From: a bacterium
Lineage (GTDB): Bacteria > UBA8248 > JACPRG01 > G963555815
Length of the DNA: 64,000 nucleotides
Direction of reading: 5' to 3'
NCBI GenBank assembly: GCA_965218795.1
Contig: OZ244653.1
Coordinates: 1,024,001-1,088,000 of the forward strand
Under the pieces are notes generated by a model. The model searched no databases, had not been told where the DNA came from, and worked only from the letters and a program-made list of their open reading frames with translations. The first letter of the stretch is position 1. The number at the start of each line of letters is the position of its first letter. The position numbers and the translations under genes were made by a program. Below, piece after piece: positions 21,487-32,143 of the stretch.

Positions 21487-22572
21487 CTAGTACCTTGTAA
21501 CAGAGACTTTGCTAGTGGTGATTCGCCGTGAGCCATCAGTATAGCTCCACTTGATGGGTTTGGGTTTCTTGTTGCACTGTCGAATATAGCGCATCAGTTT
21601 TCGAGCCAAATCAGGAACCGAAGTGAAGACGCCGCGGGCAATGACGTCGCGTTGGATTTTTGCGAACCAGATTTCGACCTGATTCAACCAAGAGGAATAA
21701 GTTGGGGTGAAATGCAAATGCACGCGCGGGTGAGCGTCAAGAAACTGTCGCACGCGGCGGCTCTTATGAGCCGACAGATTGTCTGCGATGATGTGAATTT
21801 CACGCCGCTTGGGTTGTCTGGCCACGATGCCAGAAAGGAAAGCCACAAAGGCCTCGCTGGTGTGCCTCGCTGCGGTCTTGCCGATGACCTCGCCGGTCTT
21901 TGTATTCAGGGCCGCATACAGCGAGAGCGTTCCGTGCCGGTAATACTCGAAACCGTGACGCTCGGCGCGACCCGGAGAAAGCGGCAACACGGGATCGAAT
22001 CGGTCCAAGGCCTGAATGGCGGTTTTTTCATCCACACAGAAAACGGCGGCGTGTTGCGGCGGGTTGACATAGAGGCCAATGATATCGGCCGCCTTCTTCT
22101 CAAAGTCCGGATCATTCGATGCCATGTAACGTTGAATGCGGTGGGGTTGCAGACCCGCACGTTTCCAAACCCGGGCCACCATCATGTGGTGGGTGCCCAA
22201 CTGCCGCGCCAGCTTGCGACTACTCCAGTGCGTCGATCCGTCCGGTGGTCGGCGCCTGGTCCAGTCCAGAATCCGAGCCTCCAGCCGGGGGGTGCGCTTG
22301 TGAACCGCTCGACCGCAATGTCTGGAATACAAGCCGGCCAGTCCCTCTTGTTGGAACCGGGTCTTCCATCGGCTCACATACCGGGCATCGCAGCCCACGG
22401 CGCGCTGGATCCTCAAATAAGACTCCCCGGCATCGAGCATCAGAATGACTTGGGCTCGTCGGACGTCTTCGGACCGCAGCACGCGCGAACGGGATCGCCG
22501 TTGCAGTTCTTCTCTTTCATCGGAAGTCAGCTGAATGGGGGTGTTTGGCATGCATGATACTGTACCAAACAT
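21487..22572 (-). CDS. IS630-family transposase
   Basis: Identical 361-aa translation to 13732-14817. Confidence 0.93.
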   Translation of the reverse strand: MFGTVSCMPNTPIQLTSDEREELQRRSRSRVLRSEDVRRAQVILMLDAGESYLRIQRAVGCDARYVSRWKTRFQQEGLAGLYSRHCGRAVHKRTPRLEARILDWTRRRPPDGSTHWSSRKLARQLGTHHMMVARVWKRAGLQPHRIQRYMASNDPDFEKKAADIIGLYVNPPQHAAVFCVDEKTAIQALDRFDPVLPLSPGRAERHGFEYYRHGTLSLYAALNTKTGEVIGKTAARHTSEAFVAFLSGIVARQPKRREIHIIADNLSAHKSRRVRQFLDAHPRVHLHFTPTYSSWLNQVEIWFAKIQRDVIARGVFTSVPDLARKLMRYIRQCNKKPKPIKWSYTDGSRRITTSKVSVTRY

Positions 22573-22603
22573 TACTGGCTATCTCAATGTTACAGTCCAC
22601 TAG
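21487..22603 (-). mobile_element. IS630-family insertion sequence, copy 2 (inside the methyltransferase gene)
   Basis: Same sequence as copy 1 on reading; CTAG at both ends; excision restores RKKLLEKGKAFYQ. Confidence 0.93.
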
Positions 22604-25600
22604 GAGCTTCTTCCTCTCATTGTGTTGCGTTGTAAATCCAATTCTTCGGATAGGGATCTTCTCGATTCGGAAAGCCTTAACCTGAGCAAATGCACGTCCA
22701 TCTTCTTCGGCAAAATAATCGTAAACATGACTAATCAAATGTGAATTAAGAAGGCTGAGGACAAAGTTCAACGACGTCTGCGCTTCTTTACTTCGCGGAA
22801 TGATAACGTGAACGGTTTTGTCTACTAAAGCGCCACTTCTATCGATCGATGCGACAATGCAGTCCGAGGTCTGCCTATTAATATTTTTACGGGTACCTGG
22901 AGAAACTTGCCGCTGAATCGAAATACATCAGATTCAGGATCGAGAAGTTGCTTATAGTTATATCTTAGCCAATGCTGACCAATCTCAGGCTCGGTGTAGC
23001 GGGTAAAGTCGCCTCCCTTGACAAAGGGGATGTCGTCAGGGTGAAATCTTGATCCGTCGTACAAAATGCGTGAACCGATTGACTTCCCACGCTGCTTCCC
23101 TCGACCAACAGTCCAGTAGTTTAGACCAACATCCTTGACCCAAAAGAGTTTTTCAAGCGGATAACTAACTTTCCTCAGACTCTCCACTGTTGTGTCTTGT
23201 CGTTTCCAAGGCCATCGCCGAGTAGCAAAAGATCAGCCTTGAAATCTTTCACTATTGCTATTCTGTCATCTTGTATTGTTGCTTTCGCAAGACGAGTAAG
23301 CCACGGCAGAGTTGGTGTTGCTCGAATGCCTACATAAATGGCAGAAAAAACGTTGGGATCAGGAAACAGTGTAGTGGATCCAAAGTCGAGGATCTCGAGA
23401 AACGTAGCTTGCTTCAATGCTTGGCGTTTCAACGAGGCGAAGTATGGACCAAGAACAAAGGTGTTCGGAACGATGAGCGATAGGAACCCACCTGCTCGAG
23501 GCAACTGGAAGGAAAGTTCGGTAAATGCGGAGTAGAGGTCGTTATTCCGCTGGAACGCCGGAAATCGTTTTTCAATCGACGATTTCACCGATGGATCGAA
23601 TACGATACCGTAAGGTGGATTACCAATTACAGAGTCAAACCCGGCCCCATTTAATCGCTCTACGACTTGAGTCGTCCCCTCCCGCGGTCCGTAGAAGACC
23701 TCGGGGAACTCCAGCTCCCAGTGGAAGAAGGATGTCGCCGCTGCTGCTTTGATCCCGGCCCTTAGGAGTCCCCGATAGGGCTCCTCGTCGAGCGGGGTTC
23801 CATCCTTGCCCTTGACCCACTCGAAAAGGTCCCCACTGCGCAGGATGTCGTCAAAGCGGTCGATTTCCGCAGCCTTCTTTTTTGATCCTTTCCTCTTGGG
23901 CTTTCCGTTCGTCACGAACCACCGGGCCGTGTGAACATCCAGGATTTTCTTGAAGTTCTCCAAGTCTGACAGGGCGGACTTGTAGCGCCGCCGAGATTCG
24001 ACCACCTGCTCCGATGTAACGTCCGGAAGCCCGCCGATGGCGATCATCCCTTGCACGGCCTGAAGCAGTCCCTGCCAGTCGCTCGTGGCGGACAGAGGAA
24101 GCTGCCCCTTGGCTTGCCGGATCTTGTCCACATCCTCCACGGTCGAGCCGATCAGGGAGTTCCCGACGCGAAGGTGATGGTCCAGGAAAGACAGCGGCGC
24201 ACCCAAGGTGAAGCAGTCCAGCCACAATGAGACCTTGGCCAGCTCCACGGCCATGGGATTCAGGTCCACGCCGTAAATGCAACGCTTCAGGACGTGTCGT
24301 TTGAGGAGATTCACGTCCGTCAGCTTGTCCCGGTCAATCGTTACGTCCTGCTGGTCCAGCCCGTGGAGGATGGTCTCCCGCGTGCGCTGGAGCTCCGCCT
24401 GGACGGGATTCCAGGGGAAGGCGTTCAGGAAGTCGAGCATCTTGTCCGTGATGAAGTCCACCGCCTCGACCAGAAAGTGGCCGGACCCCATCGCGGGATC
24501 GAGGACCTTGATGTCGAAGAATTCCTTGACGAGATTGCCCCACTTCTCCGTCACTGCCGGACCGGTCTCATACTTCGCCACGACGTCGCCCTTGGCCTTC
24601 GCCAGTTCGACCATCTCCTTGTTCCACTTTTGGGCCTCGCGGAACCTGGGGCGGAGGGCTTCGAGCTTTTCCTCCACTACGGGGCCGACGGCGTGCTCCA
24701 CGATATACTTCACGATGTGGTCCGGGGTGTAGTAGGAACCCGTGGCCTTGCGCTCCCGCTTGTCGTTCTCGATGTAGACTTGGCCCTTCTTGTAGATTCG
24801 TTCCTGCGCGTCCTTCCCCTTTCCTCTCTTCAGGATCTTCCGGCCCTCTGAGGCAATCTCTTTGTAGGGTACGACCTCCTCGGTCCGCTTCCCCTTGACC
24901 ACGGCCATCTTCTGCGAAGCGATGCGCAGCTTGAACTCCAGGAGGCCCTCGTAAATGGACCCGAGTTGCCGGACGCCCAGGGATTTGTAATCGATGAACA
25001 CGAGGTCCTGGCGCTTTTCTTCCTCGTCCCTCGCCAAGAGGTCGATGGCCGTGACCAGGTAATAATCGGGGACTTGCGTATCCAGCAGGAACCTGCTAAC
25101 TCGCGTTTCGGCGGAGTGGTCCTCGTCCTCGGGCTTGGTCAGGAACAGGCCGCCGTTGTAGACGGGCACGTTCAGGGACTTGTCGCCCTGATCCACGGCT
25201 TCAAAGAGTGCCGTGAGACGGCCGTACAAATGATAGGCGCTTTTGGAATAGTGTTTCCTGAAGCGCGTTTCCGCCTCTTCACGGATGGCTTTTCCAACGT
25301 CCGCGATTTCCTTCTTCAGCCTTTCGAGGCTGGCTTCGTAATAGCCCCGGACCTCCTTGGCGGGCAGAAGGTCCCTGGCTTCGGCATAAAGCAGAAAGAG
25401 CACCCGGTAGAGAAGCGTCAGCGTGCCTTCGAAGACGGTATTCAGTGCTTCGTCCGAAAGATTGGCATCCACTCCTTGCTGTTCCCTGATGTGGGCGATG
25501 AAACCCTCGGCCAGGACGGGAAAGATACGCTCGAAGACCCGATCCTTGAGTTTGTCCCCCAGCCTCTTTGCGTAATCCTGACTTTCCAGGAAAAGACGCT

Positions 25601-27201
25601 CAAGGAACGAAAGAAGCTCGGTGCGTCCTTCCCGTTGGGTCTCGGCCGGCTCGAAGGCCTCCCTGCGGAAGAGAATCCAGAAGAAAGGAAAGGCTTCGGC
25701 GGGATCGGCCGTATAGGGTCCGGCCTCGGCGAGGAGTTCCTCCAGGTCGATTTCGTAATAGTTCGTCGCCCGGGAATGGGCGCGCTTTGAATAGAGCCGC
25801 CACAGCTTGCCGTTCGTCACGATTACCCACGGGACATCTTCCGTTTCCAGAAGGCTCACGACCACGGCGCCGGGGTTTTCGTCCGGGGTTTCCTTGTCCC
25901 GCTGGTCGTCCTTGCCGTCCAGGGAACGGTCCCACGGATAGGTCAGGCAGAGGGCCCGGGGCTTTCCATCACCGCTCGGCTCGCGAAGGAGATAGTCCGG
26001 CTTGCTCTCCGCGCTGTCCGGCGGTTTTCCCTCTTCGGCCCGGAAGCCGAGAGATTCGAAGACCGGCTCGAAAAGCGCCTTTCGGAGATCCGCTTCCGTC
26101 TTTCCGGCGAAACGGCTCCGGGCGTCCTTGTAAGTCTCCCGCAAGCTCAGGTAAGCGGATTTCAGATCGCCCTCCTTGGGAGGCGATACGGTCAGGTAGG
26201 TCTTGAGGTAGTGGTCAGAGAAAAGAGCCCGGTTGTTGAAGTACTCTTCTGACCAGTCGGCCACGGTGTAAGCGGAAAGAAGCTTCGGATAGTGGGCGAT
26301 GGGGTCGCCTTCCGTGTAGGTGAACCGCCGAAGGATCCGGAGTTCCACCCGTCCGGGCTTTCGCCGATCCACCGTGAGGACGCGCGGGCGGATGCCCACC
26401 TGCTTCGGCGCGAGCGCCTTTCCCTCTCCGTTCTGAGACGGGATGTACTTGTGAAGGAGAACGAAATCCAGTTGCTCGTAATCGCTGGTGAGGACGAGTA
26501 GATAGTTGCCTGCCCGGTTGCGGAAGATGCGAGCCAGTGCCCGGGTCTGGGCAACGGTCACGCTTTTGAGCTCAAACAGATAGACCTGAAAGAGCCCTTC
26601 CTGATCCGCGATCAGCTCGATTTTCTTGATGGGGCGGAGCGTGCCTTCGGCCGTGATGCCCAAGTTGCCGGGCGTCTGCACTGTCCTGGCGTCTGTGTTG
26701 TACCCCAGACGGGCGAAGAAGGAGACCAGAGCGTCCGAGTGATTCAGCTCTTGGATGTCGTGGGGTGCAAGTTCAATGTCTGCAAAAATGGGTTGTTTGA
26801 GGTTTTCATCTTCCAACCGTCTGTTCAACTTCCTTGAGCAAATTGGCAAAAAGCTATTGAAGTAAAAACTGAACAAATCTTTCTGAGTAATTTGTGCTCC
26901 CATCCCAACCAGAGGTGAAACTGCACGTTGCACCTACATAATAAGTCAAACTGATTAGCAGAAGAAGTAACGGTAAATTTAGAATTCAAGCGTACCGACC
27001 GGGAAGAGAGAGGTCAAAACAACTCACGAAGGTACCGCAGCCTCGACGAGGTGCTCGTCTGTGCAGCGGATCGAAAACAATTGCGAATGGCCTGAAACTC
27101 CGGGGAATTCCGGGGCGAAACGGCCTGGGAAAACGTGAAGGGTTCAAGATGTGTTGGAGGACCCCCCACCGCATCAGGCCTCGCCTCGCGGCTCGGCTTG
27201 T

Positions 27202-27255
27202 CTGGATTCCCGCCCCCGATTGAAACCTTCGAGGGCATGCTTGAGCGGGAATGAC
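27202..27255. repeat. REP-like palindrome with nested insert
   Basis: GGATTCCCGC...GCGGGAATGAC arms around CCCCGATTGAAACCTTCGAGGGCATGCTT. Confidence 0.75.
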
Positions 27256-27679
27256 AAGTGGAAAATCCCACCGAAAAAGGCCCTGGAATCGCCTGTGAAA
27301 AGCCCTTGCAAGGGGGTTGCAATGGGCGTGCATGGACCACGCCCGATGCCGACGATGCGTGAAGCGGAACGGCTATCTCCCCCCACCGGAAAATCCGCGG
27401 GCTGCGCCCTTGATTTGCCGACTCCCCCTCAAGGGGGGAGTGGTTATTGGAGCAGGAGGCCATGACTGGATTCCCGCCTGCGCGGGAATGACAAGTGGAA
27501 AATCCCACCGAAAAAGGCCCTGGAAACGCCTGTGAAAAGCCCTTGCAAGGGGGTTGCAATGGGCGTGCATGGACCGCGCTCGATGCCGACGATGTGTGAA
27601 GCGGAACGGCCTTTTCCCCCCACCGGAAAATCCGCGGGCTGGGCCCTTGATTTGCCGACTCCCCCTCAAGGGGGGAGTG
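27245..27679. repeat. Tandem duplication (period 237 bp) of a composite palindromic unit
   Basis: 27245-27442 matches 27482-27679; each unit has a REP arm, CCCTTGCAAGGG and ACTCCCCCTCAAGGGGGGAGT palindromes. Confidence 0.9.
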
Positions 27680-27926
27680 ATTGAAAGACCGGGAGCAGGC
27701 TGGCCAGGTGGGCGCCTGTCTGACGCTCAGCGGTGAGCTGTCCAGGAATCCCCGCCAAAAAGGCGGTTCAACCCCCCTCATGTCTTTAATTTGTCCCGGA
27801 AAAGGCGCTTGTTACGCGATTTTTAGGCGTTTGAGGCAAGAAAGCGACGGTCGAATTTCAGGGCGAAGGATCAGGCGTTCACGCGTACTTTGCGGAGCGC
27901 GCCGACGGCACCCACCGCCACTTCTG

Positions 27927-27983
27927 CACGGTATTCCACGGTATTCCACGGTAAAACACGGCAAAACACGGCAAAACACGGAA
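27927..27983. repeat. 10-bp tandem repeat, ~5.7 copies (CACGG-n5)
   Basis: CACGGTATTC x2, CACGGTAAAA, CACGGCAAAA x2, CACGGAA. Confidence 0.85.
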
Positions 27984-28152
27984 CCCCGGCCCCTACAGTT
28001 ATTTCCGATCCTCCCCAATCTGCCTGCCCGTCACGGGGCCGACGATGAGAACGAGCAGGTTGGATATCCCCACCCCATCAGGATCAAGGATCCAGTCCCA
28101 ATGATCACACGTATCCGGGAAAACGAAATAAAAGGAAAGACATTGCGGAATG

Positions 28153-30441
28153 TTAAGAGATTTTTTCTTCTTTCAGCAGACCCAGCAACCGCTCGGAATT
28201 GATGGGCAGCGACTTGACCGACACGCCTGTGGCATCGATCACCGCATTGGCGATAGCCGGCGCGATGGCCACCAGGGCGGGCTCAGCCAGGCCCTTTGCG
28301 CCCCATGGACCCGTAGGCTCGATGGATTCCACGATGATCGGGACGGTCTCCCGAGGCATGTCCTCCGAGGTGGCGATACGGTAATCCACGATATTGGCGT
28401 TCTGCGGGAGACAGGTTTCCGGGTCAATCACCATGTCTTCAATCAGCGCATACCCCACCCCTTGAGCGGCCCCGCCCTCGATCTGGCCCTCGCAGATCTG
28501 GGGATTGATGGCCCGCCCGATGTCGTGAGCGCAGACGAGCTTCAGGACCTCCACCTCTCCGGTCTCGGTGTCCACTTCCACTTCGGCAAACTGCGCCAGG
28601 AACGGCGGGCAGTTCGTGACCGGGGCGAAGGTTCCCCGGCCCATGATCATCTCGTTCTTGTCGCAATGGACGGCATGCATCGCCGCATCTTCGAAACGCA
28701 TGGCCCGCTTCGGAGCGCTCTGGACGTAGACCTTTTCGTCAGCGCACACGAGGTCGCCCGGGTCGGCCTCGAGATGCTCCGCCACCACGCCGAGGAGCTG
28801 ATCGCGCGCCTCCTCGGCGGCGCGCTTGACCGCGTTTCCGGCCATATAGGCTTGCCGGCTGCTGTGCGTTCCGTTGTCGTACGGGCAAAACTCGGTGTCG
28901 CCATTGAAGACATCAATCCGATCCGGATCGGTGCCCAACACCTCGGCCGCCACCTGGGCGAGAATCGTGTCCGACCCCTGTCCCAAATCGCAGGCCCCGA
29001 CGGAGATGTTCACTGTCCCGTCCTCGTTGATCTTCAGTATCGCCCCGGTGACCTCGTTGACGAACGGCTTGACGCCGGTGTTGTGGGTTCCAATCCCCAT
29101 CCCCACGCCGCGGACTTTTGTCCCGTTCCGGATCTTCCGGCCCCGCACCTCCGACCACCCGACGGCGTCCGCGCCCTTCCGGATGCATTCTTCCATGCCC
29201 GAGCTCTCGATGGTGATCTTGCTCATCTCGTCGTAATCGCCCACGCGCACATGGTTTTTCAAACGAAGGTCCACCGCGTCCATGCCGAGCTTTTCCGCCG
29301 CCCGGTCCATCAGCAATTCCATGGCGAAGGTCTGCTGGGGTGTCCCGAATCCGCGAAAGGCTCCGGCCACGGGGAAGTTCGTGTAGGCGGCAATCCCCTC
29401 GTAGCGGACGTGCGGAGTGCGGTAGAGCATCATCCACCGATGGCCCGTCGTCATTGTCACCTTCGGGCTGGCGGCGGAGTAACCGCCGGCGTTCAGGTAG
29501 GCCCGCAGCTCCCGGGCGTGGAGCGTGCCGTCCGACTTGAATCCGAGCTTCAGATAAAACCGGTTGGCGTGCCGCGTGCGCGTGCCGACGAACTCTTCCC
29601 ACCGGGTCAGGGAAAGGCGCACCGGGCGTCCCGATTCCATGGCCATCAGCGCGACGACGATTTCGTCGAATAAGTCGTTCTTTCCCCCGAAGCTGCCGCC
29701 GGTGAAGGGCTTGATGACGCGGATGCGCGTCAACGGAATATTGAGCACCTTGCCCAGCAGGATGCGGATATTGTGAACGCCCTGGGTCGAGGTCCAGATC
29801 GTCAATCGGCCGGAGTGTGCGTCATACGCTCCGGCATAGGTGTGGGTTTCCATCGGCATATGCTGGACGACATGAGTCTCGAAGGAGTCCTCCAGGATCA
29901 GTTCGCTCTCCTGAAATCCTTTTTTCGCGTCCCCGACGCCCCATTCGACATGCTTGAGGAGGTTCGTATCTCCGTGGATCGGGGAGGCCCCGGGCTTCAG
30001 CGCCTCCTCCGGGTCGCCGACGACGGGCAGAGGCTCGTATTCGACCTCGATGAGCTCAAGGGCCTCCTCCGCAATGTGCGGGGTGGTGGCCGAGACGGCG
30101 GCGACACGATCGCCAACGTGCCGGACGACGGGTGAGAACGCGCGCTCGTCCGGAAGGAGCCGGTCATCGTCGACGGGCTCGCGCCAATAACTGTTGTAGA
30201 GAACGTCCGGGGTGTTCTCATGGGTGAGGACGACTTTGACGCCGGGCAGCTCCAGGGCTTTGGAGGCATCGATCTTCGCGATGCGGGCGTGGGGGACCGG
30301 GCTTCTGAGGATCCGGATGGTGAGGGCTCGTTGCATCGGCAGGTCGGACGTGTACTTCGCGTGGCCGGTCACTTTGAGAAAGGCGTCCTTTTTCCTGATC
30401 GGCTTTCCGATGAAACGGAGATCGCCCCCGTTGCCGCTCAT
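28153..30441 (-). CDS. Xanthine dehydrogenase-family molybdopterin-binding subunit
   Basis: RSPVPHARI, GGSFGGK, AFRGFG, GQGSDT, GQIEGG, AKGLAEP. Confidence 0.95.
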   Translation of the reverse strand: MSGNGGDLRFIGKPIRKKDAFLKVTGHAKYTSDLPMQRALTIRILRSPVPHARIAKIDASKALELPGVKVVLTHENTPDVLYNSYWREPVDDDRLLPDERAFSPVVRHVGDRVAAVSATTPHIAEEALELIEVEYEPLPVVGDPEEALKPGASPIHGDTNLLKHVEWGVGDAKKGFQESELILEDSFETHVVQHMPMETHTYAGAYDAHSGRLTIWTSTQGVHNIRILLGKVLNIPLTRIRVIKPFTGGSFGGKNDLFDEIVVALMAMESGRPVRLSLTRWEEFVGTRTRHANRFYLKLGFKSDGTLHARELRAYLNAGGYSAASPKVTMTTGHRWMMLYRTPHVRYEGIAAYTNFPVAGAFRGFGTPQQTFAMELLMDRAAEKLGMDAVDLRLKNHVRVGDYDEMSKITIESSGMEECIRKGADAVGWSEVRGRKIRNGTKVRGVGMGIGTHNTGVKPFVNEVTGAILKINEDGTVNISVGACDLGQGSDTILAQVAAEVLGTDPDRIDVFNGDTEFCPYDNGTHSSRQAYMAGNAVKRAAEEARDQLLGVVAEHLEADPGDLVCADEKVYVQSAPKRAMRFEDAAMHAVHCDKNEMIMGRGTFAPVTNCPPFLAQFAEVEVDTETGEVEVLKLVCAHDIGRAINPQICEGQIEGGAAQGVGYALIEDMVIDPETCLPQNANIVDYRIATSEDMPRETVPIIVESIEPTGPWGAKGLAEPALVAIAPAIANAVIDATGVSVKSLPINSERLLGLLKEEKIS

Positions 30442-30917
30442 TGAGAACTCCCCATTCGTTCCGCCGCGAGCTCAACGGCCTCGATAATCTTGATGTAGCC
30501 GGTGCATCGGCAGTAGTTGCCGTGCAAGGCCTCGCGAATCTGTTCACGGCTTGGATTTCCGTTTTCGTTCAATAGCGCGATGGACGTCAGGACCATGGAC
30601 GGCGTGCAGAACCCGCACTGCACGGCTCCGCATTCGATGAAGGTCTCCTGGACCGGGTGCAGGTTCCCCCCATCGGCCACCCCCTCGATGGTGCGGACCT
30701 GCGCGCCGTCCACCCGGACTGCCGGGATCAGGCAGGAGCAGGCGAGCTCCTCCCCCACCAATACGGTGCAGCATCCGCAAACGCCGACGTCGCAGCCGAC
30801 CTTCGTACCCGTCAGCTCGAGGTCCTCCCTGAGTATCTCCGACAGAAACCGGTTCACCGGAACCGTGAGCTCCACGGGCTCGTCATTCACCATGAACCGA
30901 ATCGCCTTTCTTTCCAC
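30438..30917 (-). CDS. Xanthine dehydrogenase-family 2x[2Fe-2S] subunit
   Basis: GCDVGVCGCC, QCGFC, CRCTGY. Confidence 0.95.
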   Translation of the reverse strand: MERKAIRFMVNDEPVELTVPVNRFLSEILREDLELTGTKVGCDVGVCGCCTVLVGEELACSCLIPAVRVDGAQVRTIEGVADGGNLHPVQETFIECGAVQCGFCTPSMVLTSIALLNENGNPSREQIREALHGNYCRCTGYIKIIEAVELAAERMGSSQ

Positions 30918-30978
30918 GGGCAGCCTTTCTTCTTTCCTGAAGTCCGGACGCGAATCGCAAAGGCTCGGGACGCCTGAA

Positions 30979-31842
30979 TCAATCCCCGCCGGTCACTTGT
31001 CTCAAGAGCCGGGGCAGGAGTACCTTGACCATCTCCCTCTTGTAGCTTCCGGTGCAGTAGACGTCATCCGGAGGATTCACCTCGCCCGCGGCGGCCTCGG
31101 CGGCCTTCCGGAATCGATCCTCCTCCGTCGGCTGTTCCTTCAAAACGTCCTCCGCCGCCTGGGACCGCATCGGAACCGGGGAGGCGTTGGAGAACGCGAC
31201 GCGAGCGTCAAGGCAGGTCTTTCCGTCGGGCGACAGGTCCAGGCGCACGGCGAGCCCCAGGGTGGGCTTGTCCCCCTTCGATCGCGGCGTGAACTTGTAA
31301 TGACCGAAGACGGAATTCCCGCCGCCCATCGGAACGGTGATCTCGGTAATCATCTCGTTGGGCTGAAGGGAGGTCTCATAGGCATCGACGAAGAGGTCTT
31401 TCACCTCGACGGCCCGCGAATGCCCCTTCCGAACGGCGCGCACGATGGCGTCCAGGACCAGGCAGGCAGCGGGCGGATCGGAAGCCGTCTCCCCATACGC
31501 CAGGCAGCCGCCCAGGGTGATCTGGTTGCGCAGCCGCCGGGACGCCACCTTCCCGACCACTTCCGCCAGGAAAGGGACGTTTTTGAGGACGACGGGGGAG
31601 CGCCCGATATCCGTCAGGGTCGTCATGGCCCCGATTCGAAGTCCCTCGCCCCCCATCAGGAGAAACTTCAGATCGGAAACCCCCTGAAGGTCCACGAGAG
31701 ATTCGGGCGAAAACAGCCGCTCCTTCATCAGCGCGAAGAGCGCCGTCCCGCCGCCGATCGGGCGAGTCAACTCTCCCCGCCCCTCCAGCAGGGCGACGGC
31801 TTCTTTCAAATCACCTGGAAGCTGATAATCGAAATTCTTCAC
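30979..31842 (-). CDS. Xanthine dehydrogenase-family FAD-binding subunit
   Basis: GGGT, IGAMTT, RNQITLGG, SD, YKR. Confidence 0.93.
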   Translation of the reverse strand: MKNFDYQLPGDLKEAVALLEGRGELTRPIGGGTALFALMKERLFSPESLVDLQGVSDLKFLLMGGEGLRIGAMTTLTDIGRSPVVLKNVPFLAEVVGKVASRRLRNQITLGGCLAYGETASDPPAACLVLDAIVRAVRKGHSRAVEVKDLFVDAYETSLQPNEMITEITVPMGGGNSVFGHYKFTPRSKGDKPTLGLAVRLDLSPDGKTCLDARVAFSNASPVPMRSQAAEDVLKEQPTEEDRFRKAAEAAAGEVNPPDDVYCTGSYKREMVKVLLPRLLRQVTGGD

Positions 31843-32143
31843 GGACCATCTAGTCAAAGGCGCGGGCTTCAACCCATCGACCCATCCAAATCACCCTTCC
31901 ATCCGACATGACGCTGTGTTCTATCCCGGCAGCCGGAGCGTTGTCAAATAGGCCGGCGGGAAGAGCCGCGGGCCGGCCGCCGGCATGGTTGTGATAACCC
32001 TGAATTCTTTGCTACACTTTGAGCTTTCGGAAGGCAGGTTTCCCGTTCCGGGCTTTGATGGATACTCCGGTCATTTTGACTCTCGAATGGTCGGGCAAAC
32101 TCATTCTCGTGAGGCCCCCGTCCAACCTGACAAGGAGACAATC

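Larger units (their letters stand above)
20771..26933 (-). pseudogene. Eco57I/Type IIG-like N6-adenine methyltransferase with TaqI-C-like TRD, ~1680 aa when reconstructed, disrupted by IS630 and indels near 23210 and 22880
   Basis: TNGKLWRLY, YNGGLF, LGSIYEGLLE, GSYYTP, motif I LDPAMGSGHFL, motif IV NPPY; fragments 22825-23187, 22604-22771 and 20771-21486 rejoin in frame; stop overlaps helicase ATG. Confidence 0.88.

Noticed and set aside
13732-22603. Composite transposon formed by the two IS630 copies
   Set aside because: Copy 2 splits a gene that rejoins in frame across its own CTAG site, so the insertions are independent
11524-26933. 7-deazaguanine DNA modification (dpd) system linking queF to the defence island
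   Set aside because: No dpdA/tgt-like, queC/D/E or folE genes; unrelated genes intervene; the MTase is an ordinary NPPY m6A type
27200-27990. CRISPR array
   Set aside because: Only two long duplicated units and a 10-bp minisatellite; no unique spacers of regular length and no cas genes
28153-31842. Aerobic CO dehydrogenase (coxMSL)
   Set aside because: Active-site loop is AFRGFG, not the AYxCSFR of form I CoxL
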